The translations under genes and the position numbers were made by a program. Under the pieces are notes generated by a model. It saw nothing but the letters and a program-made list of their open reading frames with translations, ran no database searches and had not been told where the DNA came from. DNA of 64,000 nt, from positions 250,838-314,837 of IMG/VR virus record IMGVR_UViG_3300044712_000810. One strand, given 5' to 3'. This document shows positions 1-9,969 of this stretch, piece after piece. Each line of letters opens with the position of its first letter. Position 1 is the first letter of the stretch.

Positions 1-1
1 C

Positions 2-403
2 TCCACAACAGATAACAATGATGAAACTGGAAGAATTGCATGTTATTTTGGAGTACTTGGATCATTTAAAGATTCAACCACATGTTTAAATGTGGATAAT
101 AAATTCAGAGTTTATACTGGATCACGTTTCGTTGAAATGGATATTGCATCTATTATCGAAATGCCAAATACCGGATATGAACTTGATGAAGATTTAATTA
201 AACAACTCGATGAAGTTATTGAAACGAGTGCAATGGCTAGAGTTGTTAAAACAACTACAAGTCCATTTTATACCGGAATGCGTACAGCAACTCCGACAGC
301 TAATATTACAAGTGCAAAAACTGAACTTACAGATCATGAAGAAGAATTTATGAAATATCTTGATGCTTCTGGTCCATTCACTTGGAGTGGAGCTAGTGTG
401 TAA
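2..403 (+). CDS. C-terminal part of a JAB/MPN (Mov34)-like protein, 5'-truncated by the window edge
   Basis: Frame is open from base 2: STTDNNDETGRIACYFGVLG. The SxxD..DE..FGVLG pattern resembles the end of prokaryotic JAB domains. Directly upstream of ThiF. The HxH motif would lie outside the window. Confidence 0.55.
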   Translation, partial: STTDNNDETGRIACYFGVLGSFKDSTTCLNVDNKFRVYTGSRFVEMDIASIIEMPNTGYELDEDLIKQLDEVIETSAMARVVKTTTSPFYTGMRTATPTANITSAKTELTDHEEEFMKYLDASGPFTWSGASV

Positions 404-1167
404 TGATATTCGATCAAATTCGTAATTTACACGTATTTCAAATTGGAGTTGGCGGAACTGGCTCATGGTTAGTTGCGCCAATTGCAAAATTTCTAAATAA
501 TCTATCTCAACGTTTTGGTGTAAATACTGAAATGTCATATACAATCGTTGATGATGATACTGTCGAGGATAGAAATATCTTAAGACAGAATTTTACTCAT
601 GACGATATAGGAAGATCTAAATCCGTAGTTCATGTTAGAAAAAACTTTATGGTTTTTAAAAATCTATTTCATGTTCCCAACAGACTTAAAACACCTGCAC
701 AAGTAAAAAACTTGTTTTATGGAGAGCTTGAAATAGATAAAGACGTAGTAGTACGTCGACAATATGAAAACTCATTAACAATCATATTTGGTTGTGTTGA
801 TAATAATGATGCGAGACAATTAATGTATTCATTCTTAAAAAATAGAATGGACACACCTGTTATATATTTTGACTGTGGGAATAACTTACATTCCGGTCAA
901 ATTGTAACTAATTGGTTTCGCATACCAGAAGAGTGGAATCTTACTGGTATTAAAAATAAACAAGTAAACTTTAAAAAAATGTTTCCAAAGAACGCAGAAG
1001 ATGGTCCAACCCAATCTTGCGCATTCTTCGGTGACCAATCGCAGAGTATTAATATGTTCTCTGCAACAATGGCGTTTGCTAACTTACAAACGCTTATAAT
1101 TAATAATCAAATGCCACCAGTGTTGAAAAACTTCAATAGTTCTGGTTATTCTACATTTGAAATATAG
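403..1167 (+). CDS. ThiF/E1-like adenylyltransferase
   Basis: IGVGGTGSW nucleotide-binding loop, DDDTVEDRNILRQNF, GCVDNNDAR, DCGN..GQ. Confidence 0.9.
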   Translation: MIFDQIRNLHVFQIGVGGTGSWLVAPIAKFLNNLSQRFGVNTEMSYTIVDDDTVEDRNILRQNFTHDDIGRSKSVVHVRKNFMVFKNLFHVPNRLKTPAQVKNLFYGELEIDKDVVVRRQYENSLTIIFGCVDNNDARQLMYSFLKNRMDTPVIYFDCGNNLHSGQIVTNWFRIPEEWNLTGIKNKQVNFKKMFPKNAEDGPTQSCAFFGDQSQSINMFSATMAFANLQTLIINNQMPPVLKNFNSSGYSTFEI

Positions 1168-1178
1168 GAGCATTAAAC

Positions 1179-1517
1179 ATGGATACACTATCTGCTTTTG
1201 CAATGGGTGCAGCTACTCGTGGAAAAGAAAAAAAAGTATTTGATTGGCATAAAGCCGCGAAACTTATAAATGAACATAATGCAATGGATGCTGTTGCTGG
1301 TTTATCTTCTGATATGGAATATACAGCAGGCGAAATCTTAAAAGATGGTAAAATTGTAGATCGTGATGAAACATATACATATTTGGCATCAACATGGGCA
1401 ACACCTGTGTTGGTACTCGATAATGATGAAATTCCATGTTATGTAATGGAAAGTGAAACTAATTGGGATGCTGAAACTTATTGGCCTGAAAGTGCCATAA
1501 AAATGCTTGACAGATAA
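1179..1517 (+). CDS. hypothetical phage protein
   Basis: ORF with AGGAG SD, followed by a terminator. Confidence 0.75.
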   Translation: MDTLSAFAMGAATRGKEKKVFDWHKAAKLINEHNAMDAVAGLSSDMEYTAGEILKDGKIVDRDETYTYLASTWATPVLVLDNDEIPCYVMESETNWDAETYWPESAIKMLDR

Positions 1518-1522
1518 CAAAT

Positions 1523-1538
1523 GGGGCCGAAAGGCCCC
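1523..1538 (+). terminator. intrinsic terminator
   Basis: GGGGCC-GAAA-GGCCCC followed by a T-rich tract. Confidence 0.75.
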
Positions 1539-1556
1539 AATTTTAATATTTTTGTG

Positions 1557-1570
1557 TTTCATATAGAAAT
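1557..1570 (+). promoter_or_regulatory. recurrent phage promoter-like motif
   Basis: TTTCATATAGAAAT after a terminator and before an ORF. Confidence 0.7.
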
Positions 1571-1610
1571 GGTAGGGTATATTTCTTATTAACGTTTTAA
1601 GGAGAATATT

Positions 1611-1889
1611 ATGAGTGACGACGGCGAAAAGAAAGAATTTTATGAGTCATCTGAACAAGAAATCGAAGCAGTTGCAAATAAGATCGAGGATCTTTCATTA
1701 ACATTAAAGAATCTTGCCGATAAAGGCGATCTTAATGCAAGATGTTTCCATGACATTCTTATTATTGCATATCATTGCATACAACATGATAAACTTCTAC
1801 AAGCACGTAATACTATTGTTGAATTTTATCAAAAAGAAATCGTTCATTCCGGTCAAGAAACTGAAGAAATGGACGTAGTCCTTAATTAG
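1611..1889 (+). CDS. hypothetical protein
   Basis: ORF with AGGAG SD. Confidence 0.7.
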   Translation: MSDDGEKKEFYESSEQEIEAVANKIEDLSLTLKNLADKGDLNARCFHDILIIAYHCIQHDKLLQARNTIVEFYQKEIVHSGQETEEMDVVLN

Positions 1890-1891
1890 TT

Positions 1892-2113
1892 ATGAAATAC
1901 TATTTTTACACCGGATCAATCCAATCAAAATGCACAACTGATATTTACATTCGTAGTAATGTATTATCAACAGAATTGGATTATTTTCCGTTTAACGTTG
2001 CATATGATGAATACAGAACTCAAGATGTAAGATTTACTATTATGGATTGGAAATTAATAAGTGAAGAAGAATTTAAAGCATATATAAATCGTCATAACCC
2101 GGTTGAATACTAA
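1892..2113 (+). CDS. hypothetical protein
   Basis: ORF tightly packed in the operon. Confidence 0.6.
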   Translation: MKYYFYTGSIQSKCTTDIYIRSNVLSTELDYFPFNVAYDEYRTQDVRFTIMDWKLISEEEFKAYINRHNPVEY

Positions 2114-2114
2114 T

Positions 2115-2582
2115 ATGTCTGAAAAACAAGAAACACACACTGAACAATTAATTATTACATATGAAGATTTTAGTAAATATATGGATGAAGCGGTGAAACA
2201 CTTTAAAGAGAAACCATTTGCTAATTATCATCCAATAACACATATTTATGGACCTCCTAGAGGAGCATGGCCAATCGTAGCACATCTTGCAAACCATTTA
2301 AATTTAAAAGTTATAACTGACTTACATGCATTTATACGCCAAGTCGATCACGATTGTGAAAATTATCAACATGGTATACTTATCGTTGATGATGTTGCAG
2401 ATTCTGGTAGAACTTTAGCGGATATTACTCGATTTATGATTGATTATGAATTTTATAACTATACTATTTATACTATTTGTAAAAAACCACAAACAGTAGT
2501 ATGGCCAAGTTATTATAATAAAGAAGTAAGTAATTACACATGGATTTACTTTCCATGGGAGGAATTACCAAATGATAGTTAG
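2115..2582 (+). CDS. type I phosphoribosyltransferase (Gpt-like)
   Basis: PRPP-binding LIVDDVADSGRTL, GPPRGA, C-terminal YFPWE. Confidence 0.85.
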   Translation: MSEKQETHTEQLIITYEDFSKYMDEAVKHFKEKPFANYHPITHIYGPPRGAWPIVAHLANHLNLKVITDLHAFIRQVDHDCENYQHGILIVDDVADSGRTLADITRFMIDYEFYNYTIYTICKKPQTVVWPSYYNKEVSNYTWIYFPWEELPNDS

Positions 2583-2751
2583 TGTTGGTGACGACGCAAA
2601 TGGACCTTCCAGTAAAGACGACTCAAGATTAGATAATCTTTCTTCGTTTTTATGCGGACTAATATTATCATTATTAGCAGTATTAGGATTGGGGTGGATA
2701 ATTTATGGAATTATTTATGTGTTTCAAGAGATTTTAAAAATATTACATTAA
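2572..2751 (+). CDS. small membrane protein (59 aa, not in ORF track)
   Basis: GGAGG SD, ATG at 2572, one hydrophobic segment. Confidence 0.55.
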   Translation: MIVSVGDDANGPSSKDDSRLDNLSSFLCGLILSLLAVLGLGWIIYGIIYVFQEILKILH

Positions 2752-2762
2752 AAGGAGTTTGA

Positions 2763-4724
2763 ATGATCTCCTCAGTTAACCTTAGCGCAATACCATTTCA
2801 ATCAAACACTGACAGTACCCGACTTCAAATGGCAGCCAAGCAATTGGCACAGAGTTTATCACATAGGAATTGTGAAGTTCCTTATGTAATTGGTAAAGAT
2901 TATAATTGTCTTTCTGATAACAGTCCAATCGGTTTATTATTTGCCGAAGATTCGGGCACTGTTTATTATAATAGAGATGATGTACTCATTTATCATTATG
3001 AAACTTTAAATAAATTGGAAGTAAAGTCGATTCCACCAATTAAAAAGACTCATGGAATTTATGCTAGTAGCTTAAGATCTTCACTTCCAGTAAATATGAA
3101 GTTTAATAAAGGTGATATTCTTTATGAATATGACTGTTTTAAAAATGGTATTCCAAGTATTGGCTATAATGCATTCTCTGCAATGATGCCTTGTTTTGGA
3201 TTTAACCATGAAGATAGTATTTTAATTTCTGAAAGTTTTGCAGAAAAAACTAGAGCAAATTTTGTTGATAAAGTTTATGTTCCGATTTATGAATATACTT
3301 TATTGCAACAACTATATGATCCTTCAACAAACCATTTTGGATTCTTTCCAAACATTGGTGAAGAAATCAAAAATAGTTTAATTTGTTGCACACTAACACC
3401 TAAAATTACTGATAACATGAAATATGGCGCACATGCCAATATGAAAAACAAAATGATGCTATTACTTAAATCTATGAACTTATCTGATTTACTTAGTATT
3501 CAAAACTCTTTACCAAACATGAACGTTGAAAAGATCAAAAGTAAACTTGAACATGGTAAAGTATCTGGTATTAAAATTCATAAACTTATGGATAACGTAA
3601 AGTTATTGGATAAGCGTTTACAAACTGTTCTTGATGGTTTATATAAACTATACACAAACGTTTTTATTGATGCATATCATGAACTTGAAACAAAGTTCAT
3701 GCAAGATGTAGCAAAAGATGTATTACGTCGTCACTATGTTTACAAAGATAAAGATAGTGTTCGAGGTAAATTAGATCTAAAAAACGTTGCATATGTATTG
3801 GAAATTGAAGTTACCGATGAGTGTCAATCACATGTTGGTGATAAATTTGCAAATCGTTATGCAAACAAAGGTGTAGTATCATTGGTATTTCCAGATGATA
3901 TTGCACCAATTGCAGTACAATCAAATAAACCGGTTGATATTATATTTAACCCCTTTGGTGTATTCTCACGTATGAACCTTGGACAATTAGTTGAAGGTAT
4001 CGTATCTAAAAACGTAATGCATTGTGATAGTTATATCAAAGAAGGAAATAAAAAAGATCTTAAAGCTTCTATCTGGTGGTTAAATGAATATATCATTAAA
4101 AACCTTAATGATATGGAATATTACAATCGTGTAAATTCAGAAGTGATTGCCAGATTGGATGAACCAAAGTTTAAAGAACAATTCATTGAAGACGTTAAAC
4201 AACATAACCTTTTCATTGAAGCGCCAACATTTGGTGAAATTAATGTTCGTAATATTCTTAAAAATGGTGTAAATCCAAACGAACAAGTATATATTAAGAA
4301 AGAATTTCTTCAATATATGAAAGACAAACTGAAATGTAATATTAATATGCCAATTCAGGATGTCGTATTGCCAAATATTTATTGTGCGCCGATGTATATT
4401 GAAAAATTATATAAATTGGCTAACAAACTTATTACGGCCCGAGATCTTGGTCCAATTAAAAGTATTACTGGACAACCAAAACGTGGACGCGCAAATGAAG
4501 GTGGATCACGTCTTGGACAGATGGAACTTGAAGGTATTCTTGCACATGGATGTGAAAGAACACTTAAAGAGTTCTTGACAGTTAAATCAGATCAACTTGA
4601 TGCAAAACGTGACTTGATTATGCAGTTAATGAAAACTGGTAATTATCGTATGCGCGATGAATATGGTGCATCTGGTAGAACAAAGAAAGTTGTTGACACA
4701 CTTTTACACTTCCTGCGAGAATAA
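2763..4724 (+). CDS. rpoB: multi-subunit RNA polymerase beta subunit, C-terminal half
   Basis: GDKFANRYANKGVV, PVDIIFNPFGVFSRMNLGQ, TGQPKRGRANEGGSRLGQME match conserved beta regions. Confidence 0.93.
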   Translation: MISSVNLSAIPFQSNTDSTRLQMAAKQLAQSLSHRNCEVPYVIGKDYNCLSDNSPIGLLFAEDSGTVYYNRDDVLIYHYETLNKLEVKSIPPIKKTHGIYASSLRSSLPVNMKFNKGDILYEYDCFKNGIPSIGYNAFSAMMPCFGFNHEDSILISESFAEKTRANFVDKVYVPIYEYTLLQQLYDPSTNHFGFFPNIGEEIKNSLICCTLTPKITDNMKYGAHANMKNKMMLLLKSMNLSDLLSIQNSLPNMNVEKIKSKLEHGKVSGIKIHKLMDNVKLLDKRLQTVLDGLYKLYTNVFIDAYHELETKFMQDVAKDVLRRHYVYKDKDSVRGKLDLKNVAYVLEIEVTDECQSHVGDKFANRYANKGVVSLVFPDDIAPIAVQSNKPVDIIFNPFGVFSRMNLGQLVEGIVSKNVMHCDSYIKEGNKKDLKASIWWLNEYIIKNLNDMEYYNRVNSEVIARLDEPKFKEQFIEDVKQHNLFIEAPTFGEINVRNILKNGVNPNEQVYIKKEFLQYMKDKLKCNINMPIQDVVLPNIYCAPMYIEKLYKLANKLITARDLGPIKSITGQPKRGRANEGGSRLGQMELEGILAHGCERTLKEFLTVKSDQLDAKRDLIMQLMKTGNYRMRDEYGASGRTKKVVDTLLHFLRE

Positions 4725-4725
4725 T

Positions 4726-4947
4726 ATGGCTAGACCTATAATTGCAATGGGAAATCCTAGTATGAATATGCATGGATTTAATATAACTGGTAAAAAAGAA
4801 GAGTCAGTAGCAAGTTTATTAAATGGTATTGATTTCGATAAATTATTCTCACTTCTTACTACAGATACTAAACTTAAAATTCTTGAATTACTAGAAGATG
4901 ATAAATTTGTATTAAAGCTTAAAAAGTCATGTATTGAGGATATCTGA
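4726..4947 (+). CDS. hypothetical protein with shared C-terminal helix (LKKSCIEDI)
   Basis: Operonic ORF; C-terminal similarity to the next ORF. Confidence 0.6.
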   Translation: MARPIIAMGNPSMNMHGFNITGKKEESVASLLNGIDFDKLFSLLTTDTKLKILELLEDDKFVLKLKKSCIEDI

Positions 4948-5180
4948 TGAGTACTTTACATATTGCAGATACAACAATGTGGATAACTAGAAATCAAGAA
5001 TATGATAGTGCGACTATAGCTGTTAATTATTTACAAGTTATTGTTAAAGCATTAAATGATCCGGATTTAATAAAATATATAAATGAAAACTTGAATGAAC
5101 AAGGTCGAAGAAATTTACTATCATTATTAAGTGATGATGCTAAATTTGAGTTAATAAAAACTGTAATAGAGGAGATTTAA
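4947..5180 (+). CDS. hypothetical protein with shared C-terminal helix (IKTVIEEI)
   Basis: Stop/start-coupled ORF. Confidence 0.65.
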   Translation: MSTLHIADTTMWITRNQEYDSATIAVNYLQVIVKALNDPDLIKYINENLNEQGRRNLLSLLSDDAKFELIKTVIEEI

Positions 5181-6388
5181 TGAATCTACTCAAAAAACAT
5201 ACAACAATTGTTAATGAACCTGGAAAGATTATTCTAAATGATTTTAGACAGGAACAATTTAATATGTTAGGATACTTTCTTGATCTTTCAATGAAATATG
5301 TATCCAAACAAAATAAAAATTATCTCGATGGATATAAGATTACAATTAAAGATAAATTCTCATATTGTGGTTTATATAATAACGAGATTAAAGAAGTATG
5401 TATTGAAATCAATGTTGATCATATTGATAAAGATACAGGTGAAGTAAAAACTGAAGTTAAGAAACTTTTAGATTTTTATGTTCCCAATCTTGTAGATAAA
5501 CAATTTTACATATTAAATGGAACGATCTATGTTCCAACAATGTATATATTAGATAAACCAATCAGTATCAAAAAGAGCAGTTTTAAATTATATGGATTAT
5601 TCAATAGTCTCACTGCATTTCTTGAAAAGAATATGGTAATCTTTACTGGTATTAACATGCCGTTTGATTACTTTTATCAACTATTTCTAAACAGTGAAGA
5701 AGATATTGAATTGTATAAGAAAATTGCTAAAGATCATAGTTTAGTTGAAAAAATACATACTACTGATAACATTGAAAAATATTTTGATGGTATTATTAAG
5801 AAAAGTACTATTGCAGAAGCGCAAGCACATTTTGACAATCTTCTTATCGATGATTACACAAAAGAATTATATTGTGCATGTTACAATATGAAACCTGAAG
5901 ATGTCACTACAAAAAACTTATTTAAAATGGCAATAGATATGTTTGTCACTGGTAAAGTTCCAGCATATATTAACTTAAATGCCAAGCGAATCATGTTCAT
6001 GGAACTTATGTTAGCACCTGTATTTAAAGTAATGGCAAGAGTAGCACAACAAGCATCTATTGGATATAAAGTCGATGAAATGAAACTCGACAAGTTTGCA
6101 CTTATTAAATACTTTTTGAAAAACAAAGAAAAGAAAAGCAAAAGTCCAGAGTCTATTGGACTCAGTGGAAACTACATATATAATATTGCAAACTTGATGT
6201 CTAGTGTTATGGTACACAAAGTTTGTTTCAAAAACCCTGGAAGTGACAATCCACCAAGCACAATATCTAATCTACATAAAAGTCATTTCCGTCGAATTTG
6301 TCCTGTTACAGTATCTAACGAAAATCCAGGCGAAACACTTAGCATCTTACCAGATATAAAACTCGATAAATTCGGTCAATTTTTATAA
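5180..6388 (+). CDS. rpoB: RNA polymerase beta subunit, N-terminal half
   Basis: LHKSHFRRICPVTVSNENPG matches the beta H.SHYGRICP..TPEG.N.G motif; FYILNG..YVP. Confidence 0.75.
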   Translation: MNLLKKHTTIVNEPGKIILNDFRQEQFNMLGYFLDLSMKYVSKQNKNYLDGYKITIKDKFSYCGLYNNEIKEVCIEINVDHIDKDTGEVKTEVKKLLDFYVPNLVDKQFYILNGTIYVPTMYILDKPISIKKSSFKLYGLFNSLTAFLEKNMVIFTGINMPFDYFYQLFLNSEEDIELYKKIAKDHSLVEKIHTTDNIEKYFDGIIKKSTIAEAQAHFDNLLIDDYTKELYCACYNMKPEDVTTKNLFKMAIDMFVTGKVPAYINLNAKRIMFMELMLAPVFKVMARVAQQASIGYKVDEMKLDKFALIKYFLKNKEKKSKSPESIGLSGNYIYNIANLMSSVMVHKVCFKNPGSDNPPSTISNLHKSHFRRICPVTVSNENPGETLSILPDIKLDKFGQFL

Positions 6389-6441
6389 TCCAATCAAATT
6401 ATCACGGAGGGGAGTAAAATCCCCTCCAATTGGAGATTCTT

Positions 6442-6855
6442 ATGAATTTAAAAGGTATTACAAATGCATTAAATACCGTATTTTCAGTATCTTCAGGTGC
6501 AACATCCGGTACTGCAAATATTTCATTTTCACAACCTGTTGCAACTACTACTGCAACAACATATTCAACAACTAGTAATGGAGCTGGACAATGGGTAACA
6601 TATCCATATGGACATCCATATAATCCTGCACCACAACAACCAGCACCTGTATCAGCACCATATCAACAAGTATACCCGACATATCCACAGTACATCCAAG
6701 TAGAACAATCAGCAGAACAGTTATTACTTTCACTTGACACTGAAAAAGTTAAAGAGAAATTAAAAGATATGTCAACTGTAAAACTTTTAGCATTTATTGA
6801 AATTCTTAACGAACTAAAAGAAGAAGCAACAAAAATGGCGGTAACAAATCTATGA
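6442..6855 (+). CDS. low-complexity hypothetical protein with shared C-terminal helix
   Basis: GGAG SD; Thr/Pro/Gln-rich; ends ATKMAVTNL. Confidence 0.7.
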   Translation: MNLKGITNALNTVFSVSSGATSGTANISFSQPVATTTATTYSTTSNGAGQWVTYPYGHPYNPAPQQPAPVSAPYQQVYPTYPQYIQVEQSAEQLLLSLDTEKVKEKLKDMSTVKLLAFIEILNELKEEATKMAVTNL

Positions 6856-7151
6856 ATCAACTTGATACACTTGTTGTTGATAGTTTACATGTAACTCAAC
6901 AATTTTCAGCATCTTCATATCTAACGTCCTTCAATGGAAGTGAAATACAAATATCTAATAACTTAATGGTTGGACAAAATATTAAATGTAAAACACTTGA
7001 ATGTGAAGATATAAAAATGTCTAGTACTAAGATTGTTTCATTTATGGAAGATATATTAAAACAAACACCAGTTGAACAAATCACTGCATATATTTTACAT
7101 TTGGAAGAACTTAAAACGATGGCACAAAAGGTAGCTTTGGAGAAACTATGA
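6852..7151 (+). CDS. hypothetical protein, C-terminal QKVALEKL
   Basis: ATGA-coupled ORF. Confidence 0.7.
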   Translation: MNQLDTLVVDSLHVTQQFSASSYLTSFNGSEIQISNNLMVGQNIKCKTLECEDIKMSSTKIVSFMEDILKQTPVEQITAYILHLEELKTMAQKVALEKL

Positions 7152-7546
7152 CAAAAAAAGAACTAAACAAAAATCTTCGTATGCTTGGTAAATTTATTTA
7201 TCATACTAAATGGAACGATGAACCAAGAAGACGATTATGTTCACATATCATGGATAAGGTATTTAATTATGGACCTATTAAAGATTTTCCAAATCAAAAT
7301 ACTCATGGTTGTGATATACCTGAAACTCAAGTAACACATCTTGGAAATTATGAAATTGAAACTAGAGATAATAAAAGAATTAGAAAATTTACACATGGAT
7401 TTAATTTTAAATTCGCAATAAGTTTTCAAAAATGGAGAGGCAGAGATAAAGAACATTATTTAGTTGATTATTTAGAATCAAATGGTGCACTTGAAGATGA
7501 AGCATATCTTCTTGAAATTACAAAACTTATGATTGAAGCAATATAA
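7148..7546 (+). CDS. hypothetical protein, C-terminal TKLMIEAI
   Basis: ATGA-coupled ORF. Confidence 0.7.
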   Translation: MTKKELNKNLRMLGKFIYHTKWNDEPRRRLCSHIMDKVFNYGPIKDFPNQNTHGCDIPETQVTHLGNYEIETRDNKRIRKFTHGFNFKFAISFQKWRGRDKEHYLVDYLESNGALEDEAYLLEITKLMIEAI

Positions 7547-7962
7547 TGACAGAACGACAATTTAAAATCTTATATAATAAAGTTATAAAAACTAGTTGTA
7601 AAAAGAAAACAATAAATCCCGGAACCCAATGGGAAAAACAAGTATCTGAATTTAATCATGAGATTATTCCAGATATATTAAAATTTGGAGTTTTTAAAAC
7701 ATTTGAATTAGAATCTGGATATCATTGTTGTTTAATTAAACCAAAAAATATTGAAGATTTTTCATTAAAACTTGATGCGTTCAATCTATCATTAAATATA
7801 GAAAAAATGGAAGCATATTATGTTGGCGGAACTATTAGAATTAAAGTATCAAATATGAAAAAAGTATACTTTAATTTCTTAAATTATTTAATTACAAATA
7901 AGGCACACGAGGATGAAGATTATATTATTAATCTTCAAAAAATACTAATAGTAAATCTATGA
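7546..7962 (+). CDS. hypothetical protein, C-terminal QKILIVNL
   Basis: Coupled ORF; C-terminal ~25 aa similar to the previous ORF. Confidence 0.7.
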   Translation: MTERQFKILYNKVIKTSCKKKTINPGTQWEKQVSEFNHEIIPDILKFGVFKTFELESGYHCCLIKPKNIEDFSLKLDAFNLSLNIEKMEAYYVGGTIRIKVSNMKKVYFNFLNYLITNKAHEDEDYIINLQKILIVNL

Positions 7963-8186
7963 TGGACATTTTATATTTCATTAAAACACATCGATATATC
8001 GAACTTGATGATATACGAATAATGTTCGATGGACAAATTAGAAAAATGCATGACTATAAACATATATTTAGTAATAATTTATATAGGACTATGACCATTG
8101 ATGAATTATTAAATAGATTTGACTTAGATTGTTTACCTGAATATTTTAGAATTGAAGTACAAAAACTTTTACTACTCGGAGTGTAA
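7959..8186 (+). CDS. hypothetical protein, C-terminal QKLLLLGV
   Basis: ATGA-coupled ORF. Confidence 0.65.
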   Translation: MMDILYFIKTHRYIELDDIRIMFDGQIRKMHDYKHIFSNNLYRTMTIDELLNRFDLDCLPEYFRIEVQKLLLLGV

Positions 8187-9449
8187 ATGTCACTAAAACA
8201 TATTTATGAAGCGATACAAGATATCGCGGCCTATTCCGGACGTATTGATAAAGAAAACTGTATTGAAAAATATAAAAATGATCCATTGTTTAAAGCAGTG
8301 GTTCATTTTGCAGTAAATCCATTTAAGAAATATAATATGACTTCAGTTGATTACATACCCGAACATGTAACCGAAGAAGTGAAAACTCATCAAACCAATG
8401 ACAATATATTTAAAATGTTGAATTATCTTGAGAGTAAGAATGGAGCTACAAACGCTGATAAGTTAAACTTGAATCTACTCGCATCAATAGATCGTGAAAC
8501 TGCCGAAGTCGTTAATATGATTGTGGCCAAAGATCTACGTTGTGGTGCAAATTCAAGAACTTTTAGAAAAATATTTCCTGATATTCCCGAATTTGGACTT
8601 ATGTTATGTGAGGATGAATTCAAAAAATTTGAGAAAAAAATAAAAATAGATAAAGTCGCACTTTGCGATTGTATGTGGTCTATTAAATTAGATGGTGTTC
8701 GAAACTATTGTGTTTCTTCACAAAAGATTCAACACTTATCCAGAAATGGTCGTGAATATCCAAACTTCGGCAAAGCATTTAATGAACATATTCATGAATG
8801 GACAAAGATTTGTCGTAAACAAACTGGTATTCGTGAACCAATTATGGATGGAGAAACAATTAGCAAATGTGATAACTTCCAAAACTTGATGACTCAAGTT
8901 AAGAAGCTTAAAGATGCAGATCCTAGTATTTTCAATTTCTTTGTATTTGATCTGGCCGTACCAAACATCAAACTGAAACAAAGATATGAAATGCTTGTAA
9001 GTATATTCGACGAGTTCCAAAAACTTGGTGACTCTAATATATTTTTACTTGAACATAAAACACTAACTAATATTAATACAGAACAAGAACTGTATGATTT
9101 TTCATATTCATATTCGGATCAAGGATATGAAGGATTGGTAATTAAAAATCCAGAAAGTTATTATGAACCAAAAAGATCGGCCAACTGGCTTAAGATTAAG
9201 AAGTTTAAATCACTTGATCTTCCAGTAATCGGTTGGGAGTACGGCAAAGGTAAATATGAAGACCTACTTGGTTACTTTATATGTGACTACAATGGTGTAA
9301 AAGTAGAAGTTGGTTCTGGACTTTCAGACGCTCAACGTGAAGAGTTTATGGAAGATACACCAAAACTTATCGAAGTTAAATACTTTGAAGAAACCAAAGA
9401 CAAAAGTTTGCGTTTTCCAATATTTTTAAGAGTGAGAGATGATAAATGA
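8187..9449 (+). CDS. ATP-dependent DNA ligase
   Basis: KLDGVR adenylation motif, DGE, VFD, EGLVIK, WLKIK, VGSG, LRFP. Confidence 0.95.
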   Translation: MSLKHIYEAIQDIAAYSGRIDKENCIEKYKNDPLFKAVVHFAVNPFKKYNMTSVDYIPEHVTEEVKTHQTNDNIFKMLNYLESKNGATNADKLNLNLLASIDRETAEVVNMIVAKDLRCGANSRTFRKIFPDIPEFGLMLCEDEFKKFEKKIKIDKVALCDCMWSIKLDGVRNYCVSSQKIQHLSRNGREYPNFGKAFNEHIHEWTKICRKQTGIREPIMDGETISKCDNFQNLMTQVKKLKDADPSIFNFFVFDLAVPNIKLKQRYEMLVSIFDEFQKLGDSNIFLLEHKTLTNINTEQELYDFSYSYSDQGYEGLVIKNPESYYEPKRSANWLKIKKFKSLDLPVIGWEYGKGKYEDLLGYFICDYNGVKVEVGSGLSDAQREEFMEDTPKLIEVKYFEETKDKSLRFPIFLRVRDDK

Positions 9450-9748
9450 TATTAAATTTTATATTATATGGTATATTTTGTGTCTTGAATTATTTTGATT
9501 ATGATACAACGAAACGTCTGTTAAATGATTATCCTGGCGAAGTATATGAATCAAATCCAGTAGTCGCTTATATAATTAATAAATTTGGAATGACAACATT
9601 TCAAGTTATAAAATTAGGTGTAATACCTATTATTGCCGCCTTTGTTTTAAATAATATTATAATGACAATAATCATTGTTGCATACGCATATTTTGTATAT
9701 AAAAACTATGATAATTTAAAATTCTTAGAAAGGAATGAAAATGAGTAG
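9446..9748 (+). CDS. small membrane protein (DUF5658-like)
   Basis: D..TT....E.NP pattern and hydrophobic segments. Confidence 0.6.
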   Translation: MILNFILYGIFCVLNYFDYDTTKRLLNDYPGEVYESNPVVAYIINKFGMTTFQVIKLGVIPIIAAFVLNNIIMTIIIVAYAYFVYKNYDNLKFLERNENE

Positions 9749-9917
9749 ATATTGTGTAAAATGCGATAAAGACTTTGAAATTACTGATGATATTTGTCCA
9801 ATCTGTAAAGCAAGATTACAAGTATCAAAAAATTGTCTTATCGTTACCGAATACGGTGATGTTGAAGATGTAATGCGAGAGAAAAATAAAAACAAAATTG
9901 AAATTTTAACAAGCTAA
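9735..9917 (+). CDS. small zinc-ribbon protein
   Basis: CVKC...CPIC. Confidence 0.6.
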   Translation: MKMSRYCVKCDKDFEITDDICPICKARLQVSKNCLIVTEYGDVEDVMREKNKNKIEILTS

Positions 9918-9969
9918 ATATACGGGGAGGGAAACCTCCCCATATTTTATTTTTTTATGGAGGAATACA

